A DNA stretch of 64,000 nucleotides, from assembly GCA_035650735.1 (NCBI GenBank), contig DASRGZ010000166.1:1-64000 (forward strand), written 5' to 3'. The position numbers were made by a program, and so were the translations under genes. A model generated the notes under the pieces. That model ran no database searches, was not told the origin of the DNA, and worked only from the letters and a program-made list of their open reading frames with translations. This document shows, piece by piece, positions 45,300 through 55,522 of the stretch. The first letter of the stretch is position 1, and every line of letters begins with the position of its first letter. The DNA is from Chthonomonadaceae bacterium. GTDB taxonomy: Bacteria > Armatimonadota > Chthonomonadetes > Chthonomonadales > Chthonomonadaceae.

Positions 45300-46472
45300 T
45301 CAGAAAACGAGATGCAGCGACAGGTAAGGACGCAGGGTGCGCCCGTTCAGGCGGTGCGCCAACCCGAGATCCAGGAAGCTGGTGAGCGTGACGGCCAGGC
45401 CAACAAACGGCCCACGCCCGCTTAAGCCGATGTCGGCATGGAGTAGGGACATATGGTCGGACCGGGCGGCAAACGTAAGGGCCTGCCATTGCAGGCCGAA
45501 AGTCAGGTTGGAATCGAGTCCCATGAGCAGGCCCAGCTTGAGGGTCGGAGCATAGATGCCCGGCACTCTTCTCTCAGGAGCGGGCTCCTGGCTCCATACG
45601 GCGCGTAAGTAGGCCGCCGAAGCCCTCTCAATGCAGCCTGCCGCCAGCAGGGGCGCATAGTGATTGGTGTCCAGCCAGCGGATCGGCGGACGGCCCAGCG
45701 CCTGCCAGAGCGCCACGGCATCCCGAGGCGGCAGGATAAAATCCCGCGCGGCCTGGATCATCAAGACGTGGCGTGGGCGATTCCTCTCCGCATAGGTGAT
45801 CGGGTCCACGCGCAGCAGGCGCTCCCGCTCCCTGGCCGTCAGGCGCGGCAGCCGGGAATGGAAAAACCGATAGAGCAGGCTATTGTGGTAGATATGGGCC
45901 AGGTTTCCGGCCCCGAGGATGGCTACCCCGGCGGTAAGCCGGTCGTCCTGGCCCATCGCCAGGTGCGCCACAATCGCCCCCAGGCTGATGCCGATTACGC
46001 CGATGCGCCGCGCATCCACCTCCGGCTGCCGCTCCAGCCAGCTTGTCACCGTGCTCACGTCGGAGGCGCTTTGGCTTAACGCCTGCACGGCCGTATCCGT
46101 GTCGCGCGGCAGGAAATGCCGAAAGGAATTGTCTCCCGGCGGGAGGCGCTGCATATGGTAGGGCAGCACCATCACGGCGCTGGCCAGACCTTGCCCGACC
46201 AGGTAGTGCGCAAACTGATACTGTAGGCCGTTGGTTTGATCGTTTAGGGAGTGCAGGAGGATCACGGCGGGCGTTGGCCGCTGAAAAGCCGGGGCCGCCG
46301 GGAAAAACCGAAACCATACCCGGTCGTTAATGGGGTTGCCGCTGGGCTGCGCCGTTGGGAGCGAGAGATCTCTGGGGGCCTGCGCCGAATGCTGCGCGCC
46401 GGCAGGTATCGCCAACAGCGCAAGCCAGAGCAGACCGAGAAGCGCATACACAAGAAGCTGACGGACGCGCAT
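45300..46472 (-). CDS. Secreted alpha/beta hydrolase
   Basis: Signal peptide; RIGVIGISLGA nucleophile elbow, ARD, TNH. Confidence 0.85.
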   Translation of the reverse strand: MRVRQLLVYALLGLLWLALLAIPAGAQHSAQAPRDLSLPTAQPSGNPINDRVWFRFFPAAPAFQRPTPAVILLHSLNDQTNGLQYQFAHYLVGQGLASAVMVLPYHMQRLPPGDNSFRHFLPRDTDTAVQALSQSASDVSTVTSWLERQPEVDARRIGVIGISLGAIVAHLAMGQDDRLTAGVAILGAGNLAHIYHNSLLYRFFHSRLPRLTARERERLLRVDPITYAERNRPRHVLMIQAARDFILPPRDAVALWQALGRPPIRWLDTNHYAPLLAAGCIERASAAYLRAVWSQEPAPERRVPGIYAPTLKLGLLMGLDSNLTFGLQWQALTFAARSDHMSLLHADIGLSGRGPFVGLAVTLTSFLDLGLAHRLNGRTLRPYLSLHLVF

Positions 46473-46526
46473 GATGACCTGCCGGTATCGAGATTCAGGC
46501 CTATTCCCAGCAGATCGCACCCCGGA

Positions 46527-47963
46527 TTAGCGGCGCGTGGCGGTGAGGGGCGCGGCGGTGGCGACGTCCAGCGGGGTCACGTAGATCTGGCTGGCGACAT
46601 CGCGGCGCAGGTTGCGGCGGTCGTTGGTCTCGTCCTTGCCGCCGCGCTTTGCCTGCTCCAGCGCCTTGCCGGAGAGGTCGCCGCCGCCGGGATCGACCGT
46701 CAGGCCATAGCGCGCCAATGCCGCCGCTGCCGCCATGCGCACGGGGAACTGAATGCGCCGTGCACGGCTCGAACCGAGTACGTCGGGTGTAGAGAGGACA
46801 TAGGCGCGATCTTTGGCGAGCTTTTGCAGCAGCGGCACGCTCTCTTCTTCGCCCACCAGCCCCAGGGCCAGGGCGGCTGCCGCGCGGAGGCGATACTTGT
46901 CGCTGGAGGCAGCTTCCTGGATCTCCCTATCAATCAGCCGACGCTCGCCGGCCGAGAGACCGTATTCACGCAGCGGCCGCAGCACCATCCGGTCCGCCCA
47001 GGCAGGCGAATCGTCCGGACGGGGCTGATAGGCCAGAATGCCTAATCCGATCACGGCCCGGCTGCGCAGGTAGACATCGTCGCTATTGGCCAGATGCAGC
47101 AGGAACGGCAGCAGGCGCGGCGTGGCACGGTAGGCCAGCAGGTCGGTGGCGGCGTACTCGTAGGCGGGCAGCCCGCGCAGCCTGTCAGGGGCCTGGAGAA
47201 CGCCCAGCAGCACGCGGTCAATATCTACGCCTTCCTGCTCCAGATAACGCAGCGCGCGCTGATGCAGGTGCGGCGCGTCCTGGCCGGGCTCCAGCAGCAG
47301 CGAAAGCGCAAAGGCAATCGCCTCTTTTTTGAGGCCCGCGCGGGTGGCGGCCTCAAAGGCGGCCTCGCGAAATCTGCGGTTGGCCTCGGCCACGTTGAAC
47401 ACAGAGTGGGTCGGCTCAAACGGCGCGGCCAGAATGGGAAAGGCGCGCTCCGGCTGCCCCATCGCCAACAGGCTATAGCCGACCGCCTCCTTGAGATTCA
47501 CATCGCAGCCAATCTCGTCGAGAGAGAAGTTGGCGGAGGCGAGGCTGACGGCCTGCCGATAATTGTGGTTCTCGTAATCTCTCTGTATCTGGCCGACCAG
47601 CGCGCTATAGCTCCTTCCGCTGCGCTTGCCCAGCGTCGGCACCTTGCGGCAGTCGCCCCAGGCCAGCGAGAAGAGGTGCTCCTTGCCCCAGGCTGGCTCC
47701 CAGGAGAGGCCCGTGAGCGCAATTGCATAGATGGTATCTTCCGTCAGCCGCTCGCCGTGCCATTTCAGCTTCAACGGCGCCTGCTGCATCTCTTCGCTGA
47801 ACAGGTTCATCACCTCGCGAGTCGCGCTGCGGGCTGGCCCCGGCGCAAACGGCCCCGCAGGCGCTAGCCCGCGCGCCGCAACCAGGGGAAATAGCGAGAG
47901 ACTGACGGCGATCAGGGAGAGCATCCCGGCTGACACCAGCCGATGATACAGGTAATTCGGCAT
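46527..47963 (-). CDS. Secreted HEAT/TPR-like repeat hypothetical protein
   Basis: Signal-like N-terminus; DVYLRSRAVIGLG, LRAAAALALG...SVPLLQKL, VRMAAAAAL; AAGGAG RBS. Confidence 0.75.
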   Translation of the reverse strand: MPNYLYHRLVSAGMLSLIAVSLSLFPLVAARGLAPAGPFAPGPARSATREVMNLFSEEMQQAPLKLKWHGERLTEDTIYAIALTGLSWEPAWGKEHLFSLAWGDCRKVPTLGKRSGRSYSALVGQIQRDYENHNYRQAVSLASANFSLDEIGCDVNLKEAVGYSLLAMGQPERAFPILAAPFEPTHSVFNVAEANRRFREAAFEAATRAGLKKEAIAFALSLLLEPGQDAPHLHQRALRYLEQEGVDIDRVLLGVLQAPDRLRGLPAYEYAATDLLAYRATPRLLPFLLHLANSDDVYLRSRAVIGLGILAYQPRPDDSPAWADRMVLRPLREYGLSAGERRLIDREIQEAASSDKYRLRAAAALALGLVGEEESVPLLQKLAKDRAYVLSTPDVLGSSRARRIQFPVRMAAAAALARYGLTVDPGGGDLSGKALEQAKRGGKDETNDRRNLRRDVASQIYVTPLDVATAAPLTATRR

Positions 47964-48453
47964 GGAAATTTCTTCCTTTTTCGGGCGTATCGGGATTCCG
48001 GCAGCGCGCGCAGGGGCCGAAATTCCTCTCATAGGTGTTTCGGGTCAGGGAGAAGGAGGTATTATCCTACGACGAGCGAGGCCAGACGATGTCATTTTCA
48101 TTTTAGCGCCTGAGCCTGCCGCCGTCAAGCCCTTTTTGCCTGATTTTGCCCTGCTGTGCCGACCCTTGCCAACACAGGACGAGGGAACGCAATCCTCCAT
48201 TCCCCTGTATAACCCCTATGTAAGAAGAGGCCGGGCGAGAAAAGCAGCAACCTTCTCCTCCCGCCGAATTATGGAACAGGAAAGCGCAGGGCGGGCGCGG
48301 AAACCAGTACCGTACAGAACGTGCGGGTACTTGCATAGTGACATCTGGCAATCCCCGGCCCCATCCTCCCAGACTGGCGCCGGAACTGCCGATAATTTCA
48401 GAGGAGCGGCGGAAACCAGACCGCATTCCAGGGGGAATGGAGAATTACGGACC

Positions 48454-49452
48454 ATGCACACGGTTACGCTGATTCCCGGCGACGGTATCGGGCCGGAGGT
48501 GACGGAAGCGGCGGTACAGGTCGTCGAGGCTACAAAGGTCAAAATCGAATGGGAGCGCATGGAAGCGGGCAGCGAGGTGATGACCAAGTACGGTACGCCC
48601 GTCCCGGATGAGGTAATCAACTCCATCGTTAAAAACCGGGTCGCGCTCAAGGGCCCCATCGCCACGCCGGTCGGCGGCGGGTTTTCCAGCGCCAACGTCA
48701 CCCTCCGCAAGCGGCTCAACCTCTATGCCAACGTCCGCCCGGCCAAGAGCTTAACTGGCGTCAAATCGCGCTTTGAGAACGTGGACCTGGTCGTGATCCG
48801 CGAGAACAGCGAGGACCTCTACTCCGGCCTGGAGCATGTCGTCGTGCCGGGCGTCGTCGAGAGCCTGAAAATCATCACGGAGGCGGCCAGCCTACGGATC
48901 GGGCGATTCGCCTTCCTCTACACCGCGCGCAACCGGCGTCGGAAAGTCACCGCTGTCCATAAGGCCAATATCATGAAGCTGGCGGATGGGCTGTTTCTGG
49001 AGTGTATGCGGCGGGCGCACCGCGATTTCCCGGAGATAGAATATAACGAGATGATCGTGGACAATACCTGCCAGCAGCTCGTGATGCGGCCCGAACAGTT
49101 CGACGTGATGGTCATGGAGAATCTGTACGGGGATATTGTCTCCGACCTCTGCGCCGGACTGGTGGGCGGATTGGGCCTGACGCCTTCGGCCAACATTGGG
49201 GAAAACGACATCGCCATGTTCGAGGCCGTCCACGGATCGGCCCCGGATATCGCCGGGCGCAACCTGGCCAACCCTATCGCTGTGATTCTCTCCGCCGGGA
49301 TGATGCTGGCCCATCTCGGGGAGCATAGCGCCGCCCATCGCGTCCAGCATGCGGTCGAAGCGGTGCTGCGCGAAGGCAAGACGCTCACCGCCGACCTGGG
49401 AGGAACCGCCAAGACGAGCGAGATAACCGACGCCATCATCGCCGCCCTATAA
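48454..49452 (+). CDS. Isocitrate/isopropylmalate dehydrogenase family protein, probably NAD-dependent isocitrate dehydrogenase
   Basis: IPGDGIGPEV, SANVTLRK, IRENSED.Y, VHKANIMK..DGLF, NLYGDI.SD, FEAVHGSAPDIAG. Confidence 0.92.
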   Translation: MHTVTLIPGDGIGPEVTEAAVQVVEATKVKIEWERMEAGSEVMTKYGTPVPDEVINSIVKNRVALKGPIATPVGGGFSSANVTLRKRLNLYANVRPAKSLTGVKSRFENVDLVVIRENSEDLYSGLEHVVVPGVVESLKIITEAASLRIGRFAFLYTARNRRRKVTAVHKANIMKLADGLFLECMRRAHRDFPEIEYNEMIVDNTCQQLVMRPEQFDVMVMENLYGDIVSDLCAGLVGGLGLTPSANIGENDIAMFEAVHGSAPDIAGRNLANPIAVILSAGMMLAHLGEHSAAHRVQHAVEAVLREGKTLTADLGGTAKTSEITDAIIAAL

Positions 49453-49472
49453 ATTTTAACCACCGCCAAAAC

Positions 49473-49703
49473 TTCAACAGGATGAACAGGATTTTCCAGG
49501 ATTAACCGGATTTTCGGTAATCCCTCCCAACGGTGTGGACCTATCTCCTCAGCAGCAGGCTGCGTGAGATTGATCCACACGGCTGGGAGTGTCTACCCGG
49601 ATTTCTAAAAGCCAAAAGTAGAGCCAACAAAACCGCTGCTCAAGCCGTAGTCTCCTTTGTCTTCATCCTGTACATCCTGAGAGATCCTGTTCATCCTGTT
49701 GAA
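49473..49703. repeat. CAGGAT-unit inverted repeat element (copy 2)
   Basis: 20-bp perfect IR TTCAACAGGATGAACAGGAT / ATCCTGTTCATCCTGTTGAA between convergent genes. Confidence 0.9.
49516..49597. mobile_element. 82-bp IS1-like MITE (copy 2) nested in the CAGGAT repeat
   Basis: GGTAATCCCTCCCAACGGTGTGGA...TCCACACGGCTGGGAGTGTCTACC; flanks CGGATTTTC / CGGATTTC. Confidence 0.85.
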
Positions 49704-49711
49704 AGGGTGTT

Positions 49712-49954
49712 TTAGGTGGGAGGCGTGGGCTGGGTGAGCAGCTCGCCCAGGTTGGGCAGCGACTCCGCCGAGGCCGAGGCCGCTTTCTGGTTCTCCAAGC
49801 GGATCTGCTCGAAAATTTCTTTACGATGCACGGCGACGGTGCGGGGCGCGCGAATGCCCAGGCGCACCTGCTCGCCCCGCACTTCCAGAACGGTAATCTC
49901 TATTTCGTTGCCGACCATGATACTCTGGTCGGGCTTACGGGTTAGTACAAGCAT
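49712..49954 (-). CDS. csrA: Carbon storage regulator CsrA
   Basis: MLVLTRK..QSIMVG..IEITVL.VRGEQVRLGI.AP..V.VHRKEI. Confidence 0.98.
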   Translation of the reverse strand: MLVLTRKPDQSIMVGNEIEITVLEVRGEQVRLGIRAPRTVAVHRKEIFEQIRLENQKAASASAESLPNLGELLTQPTPPT

Positions 49955-50138
49955 TCCAATGGCCCTCCGTGGCAGTTGAATGCGAACCAGGGTTGTCTGT
50001 CACGTGCAAAACGCCAGGTCCGAACCTCCATGTTCCTGTATGGAATTGTGGATTGCCCGTATTATCGGCAGGACGGCGTCGGGCCTGCAGGGCAAATTAC
50101 GAGGTTTTCAGCCCGCCTTGTCTAAGGCGGGCCGGCTT

Positions 50139-50774
50139 CTAGCCTTCCTGCCCGGCAGGCGCATCGCACGCATTGGCGTTGCCTGCTCCGGCTCCCGCCT
50201 GCAAGCTGGCCGCCCGCAGCAGTTCCTCCATGATGACGTGGCGTGTCGTGTAGCCCTCGCTCTGGACGATCACCTGCTTGCCCCGGCGCGTCAGCCCGTT
50301 AATCACCAGCGGCCCGAGCAGGTTGGCGGTCATGGCGCGCGGGTTATGGGAGGGTACCGTGACAATCGCAAAGATCAGCTTGGGCGTCTCGGCGGTCAGT
50401 TCCAGGAACTCCGCGTCCGAATCGGCGATGACCGGCGCGTAGTCGGGCCGGAACTCGCCGGGCTCGACCACCGGAAACGCCACCGCCGGCTCGTCCAGCG
50501 ATTGCAGCCAGCGGAAGGCGTTGCGCTCCTCGCTGCGCACGACGACGAACTGCCTACACGCCTCGAACCCGATGAGTCCCTCCGGAAGCCGGATAATCAG
50601 ATCCTCTTCGACCTCCAGGGCGCCGAAGCGTGTGGTCGGCACGCGCCGTGTCCTCTGCTGGGACCGGGCGGCGCTTACTGCCTTCTCCCAGGCCGTCCCC
50701 TCTTCCCTCATCGTCTGCACATAGGCAATGTCCAGGGAAGGAGCCATCCTTCTTGTGTCTAGTATTATCGCCAT
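50139..50774 (-). CDS. fliW: Flagellar assembly factor FliW; start may be downstream (e.g. 50711)
   Basis: TTRFG, PEGLIGFE, WLQS, MTANLLGPLVIN, GKQVI; adjacent to csrA. Confidence 0.95.
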   Translation of the reverse strand: MAIILDTRRMAPSLDIAYVQTMREEGTAWEKAVSAARSQQRTRRVPTTRFGALEVEEDLIIRLPEGLIGFEACRQFVVVRSEERNAFRWLQSLDEPAVAFPVVEPGEFRPDYAPVIADSDAEFLELTAETPKLIFAIVTVPSHNPRAMTANLLGPLVINGLTRRGKQVIVQSEGYTTRHVIMEELLRAASLQAGAGAGNANACDAPAGQEG

Positions 50775-50786
50775 GAGGCATCTATC

Positions 50787-51686
50787 TCATTTCACAAAGT
50801 CGAGCAAGCTAGTCTGGAAGGCGCGGGCGGTGGACTGCAGCGCCGCCTGGTAGGCCGTCTGGGCGGTCTGGAGTTCCACCACAGCGCTCGGAATGTCGGC
50901 ATCCTCGATATTCGAGATGAACTTGGTAAAGTTGACCTTAGCCTGCTCGTTGCGCTGTTTGGTCAGGTCAATACGCTGGGTTTTGGCGCCCATATCGGCG
51001 CGCACGGTCAGGACGTTGTTGATCTCGACATCCAGCGCCGCCAGATCGTTGCGGGAGACCAGGTCGCTGGCGCCGTTAGCGACGTTATCGCGCAGTTGGC
51101 CCAGCGTGGTAAAGATGGAGGTGAACACCTTATCGCCGGTGACGTTGATGGGCAGGGATTCCCCGCGCCCGATGTCCAGAATAATATCGGCATCGCCCGT
51201 AGCCGCGGAGCCGCCGCTGTAGGTGAAGCTGGAGCCGGAGGCGGCGAAGGGCGGCTTGGTGGTGCGCTGCCCGGCGAACACATAGCGCGCGCCGTAGCTG
51301 GTATTGCCGATGTTGCCGATCTGGGTGAGGATGTTTTGAACCTGGCCGGCCAGCGCCTGGCGGGCCTCCATGCTCAGGCTATCGTTGGCTCCCTGGACGG
51401 CCAGCGAGCGCGCCTGCCGTAGCAGGGAGCTGACGCTATCCAGGGCCGACTCGCTGGTCGCCAGAAACCCGCTCGCCTGATCCATCGTGCGTCCGAACTG
51501 GTCTATCTCGGACAGGCGCTCGCGGAAGCCGAGCGTCTGCGCCACGCCGGAGGGGTCGTCGGAGGGCTTCTGTACCTGCTTGCCGGTATTAACCTTGCTC
51601 TGGGCCTCATCAAAGCGGGAATAGGCTTGCGTGACGCCCAGCAAGGAGCTTTCGGCGATCTGCATGGTGCTTACGCGCATGGACAT
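50787..51686 (-). CDS. flgL: Hook-associated protein 3 FlgL
   Basis: MRVST, TGK...KPSDDP, YVFAG, EDAD, YQAAL, SLLDF. Confidence 0.96.
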   Translation of the reverse strand: MSMRVSTMQIAESSLLGVTQAYSRFDEAQSKVNTGKQVQKPSDDPSGVAQTLGFRERLSEIDQFGRTMDQASGFLATSESALDSVSSLLRQARSLAVQGANDSLSMEARQALAGQVQNILTQIGNIGNTSYGARYVFAGQRTTKPPFAASGSSFTYSGGSAATGDADIILDIGRGESLPINVTGDKVFTSIFTTLGQLRDNVANGASDLVSRNDLAALDVEINNVLTVRADMGAKTQRIDLTKQRNEQAKVNFTKFISNIEDADIPSAVVELQTAQTAYQAALQSTARAFQTSLLDFVK

Positions 51687-51812
51687 GAATATAGGAACTC
51701 CCTTCGTGCCACGGTAAAGTTGCTAAGTCGGCACTCCTCCGTTCTTGCGCTCTCTGAGGCTTCTTGCGAAAGAGCGCTGCAAAGACGGGTAAGGACCTAC
51801 TTAGAGGCTCGC

Positions 51813-53243
51813 TTAAGCGGCTGTTGCAACGCCCAGGGTGTTGATGATGCGGTTGAGCGCGTCATCCATCATATTGATCACCCGCGCCGCCGCCTGGTAG
51901 GTGCGCTGGAACTGGAGCATGTTCGTCAGCTCCTCGTCCAGCGAGACCCCGGAGACCGAAGCCTGCTGGTTCTTGAGCTGGTTTAGCACCTTCTCCTGGC
52001 TGTCGGCTTCCGTGCCGGCGGTGTGCGCATCTGCGCCGGCCCGCGCCACCGTCGCATTGTAGAACTCATCCAGGCTGAACCCGTTGATGATGGGTGTGGA
52101 GGTCAGCGCAGCCAGCGTGCGAGCGTTATCGCCGTTGCCGGGCGCGAAAGGATTGGGCGGCGCGGGCGGCGCGGCGGCGGCAATAGCGTTAAGGTCATTT
52201 TTGACCGGAACGCCGAGGTCAATGGTGGCGGCGTTGGTGCCGGCAAAGAAATCCCGCCCGTTGATCCCGTCCAGGCCATAGCCAACCCGGTGCTGGGCAT
52301 TGACCGTGGAGATCAGATTGGAGACCAGGGTATCCAGGTCGCTCTGGTAGCCATCGAGCAGCGTCGAGGCTTTGACGAGGCCGTAGAGCTGGCCGCCGCG
52401 CAGCGGAATGGTATCGTTTGTAGGCGTGATCAACCCCAGCGCGTTGCCTGCGGTGGTGATAGTGGCCGGGAGCGGGCTGGTCGTGTTGCCCTGCACCAGC
52501 CCGTATCCGCCCACGTTGATCTGAACTTCGCCGGTGGGATTGCCGGTGTCCGGATTGCGCGTATCCGTAACCTGAATGTCCACCAGGCCGCTCAACTGGT
52601 CCATCAGCGCCCCGCGCTTATCCATCAAATCGTTGGGGTGGTCGCCGGCGGCCAGGCTCAGGTGAATCTGCTTGTTGAGATTGGCGATCTGGGTTGCCAG
52701 CGTGTTGACATCGTCCACCTTGACCTTGACTTCGGACTCGATCTCGGGCTTGATCTGGCTGAGCGTGGTGTTGACGGAGTGGATGGCGGCCACCAGCGTC
52801 TCGGCACGATTGCGGACGGTGGAGCGGACGGCCCCACTCTCCGGATTGGCCGAGAGATCGGCGAAGGAATTGAAGAAATCGGTCATCAGTTGGCCGATGC
52901 CGGTATTTCCCGGCTCGTTGAAAGCCTGCTCGATCCGCCCCAGCATGTCGCGCAGGTTATCCACCGCGCCCTTGTCGGAGTTGGCGGTATAGACGCGCCG
53001 GTCAATAAACTCGTCCCGAATGCGGTTGATGCTGGCGATGGTGACGCCGGTGCCCAGTTCACCTGGTCTGATGTGGGTGAAATCCGGCGGCGTATAGGGA
53101 TCGGTCTCATCCAGCGTGACGACCTGGCGCGAATAGCCCGGCGTATTGACGTTGGAGGTGTTCTGCCCGATCACGTCCAGGGCCGTCTGGCTGGTCTGAA
53201 GCGCGCGGCGACCGATCTCAAGTCCGAAAAACGTGGATGGCAT
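51813..53243 (-). CDS. flgK: Hook-associated protein 1 FlgK
   Basis: N.NTPGYSRQ, G.GV, PNDLMDKR, SGVSLDEE..NM..FQ..YQAAA. Confidence 0.97.
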   Translation of the reverse strand: MPSTFFGLEIGRRALQTSQTALDVIGQNTSNVNTPGYSRQVVTLDETDPYTPPDFTHIRPGELGTGVTIASINRIRDEFIDRRVYTANSDKGAVDNLRDMLGRIEQAFNEPGNTGIGQLMTDFFNSFADLSANPESGAVRSTVRNRAETLVAAIHSVNTTLSQIKPEIESEVKVKVDDVNTLATQIANLNKQIHLSLAAGDHPNDLMDKRGALMDQLSGLVDIQVTDTRNPDTGNPTGEVQINVGGYGLVQGNTTSPLPATITTAGNALGLITPTNDTIPLRGGQLYGLVKASTLLDGYQSDLDTLVSNLISTVNAQHRVGYGLDGINGRDFFAGTNAATIDLGVPVKNDLNAIAAAAPPAPPNPFAPGNGDNARTLAALTSTPIINGFSLDEFYNATVARAGADAHTAGTEADSQEKVLNQLKNQQASVSGVSLDEELTNMLQFQRTYQAAARVINMMDDALNRIINTLGVATAA

Positions 53244-53323
53244 GGTACTGTCGTCTCCTGAGTACGATAACCGGACGCCTCCGTGCGTCCGGGAAAGCCC
53301 CTACCCCTCGTTAAGGGCCGATT

Positions 53324-53824
53324 CTACGCCTTGCTGTCTATATAAAAGGCGGGCGTGGCGACGCTGGCCAGGTTGGTGCCGTAGCGGGCCGGCTGAAGCG
53401 CGGCGGTCGTTAGCAGTTCCAGGCTGAAGCGCACGTACTCCAGCGCATTCTCCAGCAGGCGGCGGTTCCGCGCGTTGAGTTCCTCCAGGCGCGCCTGCGT
53501 CTCCAGCAAGTGACGGCGTAAGCGATCCAGCGCCTCCCGCTCCCGAGGAGACAGGCGGGGCAGCAGTCCCGACAGAGTCGGCGCCGCGTCCAACCCGAGC
53601 ATCCCGGCCAGATCGCGGGTAGCGGCCATACGCGCCGCCTCCAGGGCGGCCATTTGCTCCAGGCAGTGGCGCTGCTCGCGCTGAATTTCCTCCAGGCGGC
53701 CAATATCGTTGCCAATGATGGCTTCGCTCTCCGCCTCGGCCAGGACCGCCAGTTGCTTGCCGAGCGTCAGCTCCTGCTGCAAGAGGCGGCGCAGCGTGGC
53801 GGGATTGGTGTTTGGTCTGGGCAT
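53324..53824 (-). CDS. flgN: Flagellar export chaperone FlgN
   Basis: Helical 166 aa with LNARNRRLL and C-terminal IDSKA; upstream of flgK. Confidence 0.88.
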   Translation of the reverse strand: MPRPNTNPATLRRLLQQELTLGKQLAVLAEAESEAIIGNDIGRLEEIQREQRHCLEQMAALEAARMAATRDLAGMLGLDAAPTLSGLLPRLSPREREALDRLRRHLLETQARLEELNARNRRLLENALEYVRFSLELLTTAALQPARYGTNLASVATPAFYIDSKA

Positions 53825-53836
53825 GATCTCCCTCCC

Positions 53837-54217
53837 TTAAAGGGACCGAGCCGAGGGCTTTACCTGCTCTCCCTGTCCGGCAGGAATCTCGGGCGGTAGA
53901 GTCGCCTCCAGGGTTTTGTAGAGAACGTTGGCCAGCCCAAGGGAGCCTGTCTTGCTCATCTGGGAAGCGGTGGCGTCGTCCATCATGTCCTGATAGAGCT
54001 TGGCCTCGGAACTGTTGCCGAAGAGGGCGTTGCCGCCGGTCATGGATTTGCGCATCTGCTTGAGCAGCATCCCAACGAAGACCGCCTCGAACTCCTGGCA
54101 CGCCTTCTTGAGCTTTTCGCGCTGACGGGCGCCCTCGGATACGGAGGGCGCGCTGTCGGCTCTCTCCGAGCCGGAAGGTCGTAGGGTCGGATTGGCAATC
54201 GAGCCGGTTGTCATCAC
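53837..54217 (-). CDS. flgJ: Rod-binding protein (short FlgJ without a muramidase domain)
   Basis: LKKACQEFEAVFV.MLLKQMRKS, YQDMMD, GLANVLY. Confidence 0.9.
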   Translation of the reverse strand: MMTTGSIANPTLRPSGSERADSAPSVSEGARQREKLKKACQEFEAVFVGMLLKQMRKSMTGGNALFGNSSEAKLYQDMMDDATASQMSKTGSLGLANVLYKTLEATLPPEIPAGQGEQVKPSARSL

Positions 54218-55464
54218 TGCACCTCGATCTCGGCGGCGATCATGCCCGCCGAGTGCATTCCCTGCAAGATAGAGATCAGGTCGCGGGGCGTCACTCCCAG
54301 CGTGTTAAGGGCGCGCACCAGTTGATCCACGGTCGTGGTGGCGGGCACGGGCGCCAGTTGAGAGGGCTTCTCCTGTACCTGCGTGCTCTTGAACGGGACG
54401 ACGAGCGGCTGCGTGTTCCGGGAAAACGGCGGCGCGGGCACGACGACGGGCGTGTTCTCGATTCGGATATTGATGGCTCCGTGCGCGATGGCTCCGGGCG
54501 CCAGGCGCACGTTGCCGCCCATCACGACCGTTCCCGTGCGCTCGTTGACGACGATGCGCGCCTGCACGTCCGGGGTGACGCTGACGTTTTCGACGACGGC
54601 GATGAAGCCGATCAGGTCGTCGGCCTGCTGGGCAGGGACGCTCACCGCCACCGTCGCCGCGTCGCTGGCGAGCGCGCCGACACCCGGCAACTGCCTGCGA
54701 ATGGCGGAGGCGATGCGGCTGGCGGTGGTGAAATCCGGATCACGCAGCGTGATCTGGATGGTGTTGCCGTCGCTGAGCGTGGTGGGAACCTCCTGCTCCA
54801 CATAGGCGCCGTGCGGGATGCGTCCCACGTTGACATGGTTTTTCTGGACGCTGGAGCCGCCGGCGCCGAAGTTGAACCCGCCGATGGAGAGGGGGCCTTG
54901 CGCGACGGCATAGATCTCGCCGTTGGCCGCCCGCAGCGGCGTCTGCAACAGCGTGCCGCCCTGGAGCGACTTGGCGTCTCCCAATGAGGAGACGGTCACA
55001 TCAATCTTGCTGCCGGGCTTGACGAAGGCGGGCAGGTCGGCGGTGACCATGACGGCGGCCACGTTTTTAACGCGAACGGCATCGGGCGAGACGGTGATGC
55101 CGAACTTGCGCAGCATATTGGAGATGGTCTGAATGGTAAAGAGGCTGCTCTGACCATCGCCGGTTCCTTCCAGGCCGGTCACCAGCCCATAGCCGATCAA
55201 CTGGTTGCCGCGCACGCCCTGCACGTCGGCAATGTCCTTGATACGGACCAAGCCGGGCGCGTAGGAGGACGCCTCCCTCTGCCGGGCAGCAACGCGCGTG
55301 TTCGGGCGCGCACTGGTCTGACGTGCCTTCGCCGGCGGCGCGGCAAGCCCCTCCACTCCTGCCAGGGGCACGTCCCCCGCCGCCAAGGGCGTCTCCGCCC
55401 TTCCATATGCGGCGGCCATTGCCAGTAAAATTGCGGTCGTTATCACAAAGCGCAGTGGTTTCAT
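54214..55464 (-). CDS. flgI: Flagellar P-ring protein FlgI
   Basis: RIKDIA.VQGVR.NQLIGYGLV.GL.GTGD, NVAAVMVTA, SLQGGTLL.TPL, NERTGTVV. Confidence 0.98.
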   Translation of the reverse strand: MKPLRFVITTAILLAMAAAYGRAETPLAAGDVPLAGVEGLAAPPAKARQTSARPNTRVAARQREASSYAPGLVRIKDIADVQGVRGNQLIGYGLVTGLEGTGDGQSSLFTIQTISNMLRKFGITVSPDAVRVKNVAAVMVTADLPAFVKPGSKIDVTVSSLGDAKSLQGGTLLQTPLRAANGEIYAVAQGPLSIGGFNFGAGGSSVQKNHVNVGRIPHGAYVEQEVPTTLSDGNTIQITLRDPDFTTASRIASAIRRQLPGVGALASDAATVAVSVPAQQADDLIGFIAVVENVSVTPDVQARIVVNERTGTVVMGGNVRLAPGAIAHGAINIRIENTPVVVPAPPFSRNTQPLVVPFKSTQVQEKPSQLAPVPATTTVDQLVRALNTLGVTPRDLISILQGMHSAGMIAAEIEVQ

Positions 55465-55522
55465 CGTTAGCCTCAAAGCCTATGCCCAACCATGTTCAGG
55501 CCCTCACTCCCTTTCCCTCTCC

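Noticed and set aside
47962..48453. 164-aa N-terminal extension on the isocitrate dehydrogenase ORF
   Set aside because: Spans a divergent promoter region; the family starts at MHTVTLIPGDG with a GGAG RBS.
50062..50090. Additional sigma28 promoters (GCCGATAA upstream of csrA, and near 39672 and 48388)
   Set aside because: The -10 matches but there is no convincing TAAA -35 at the right spacing.
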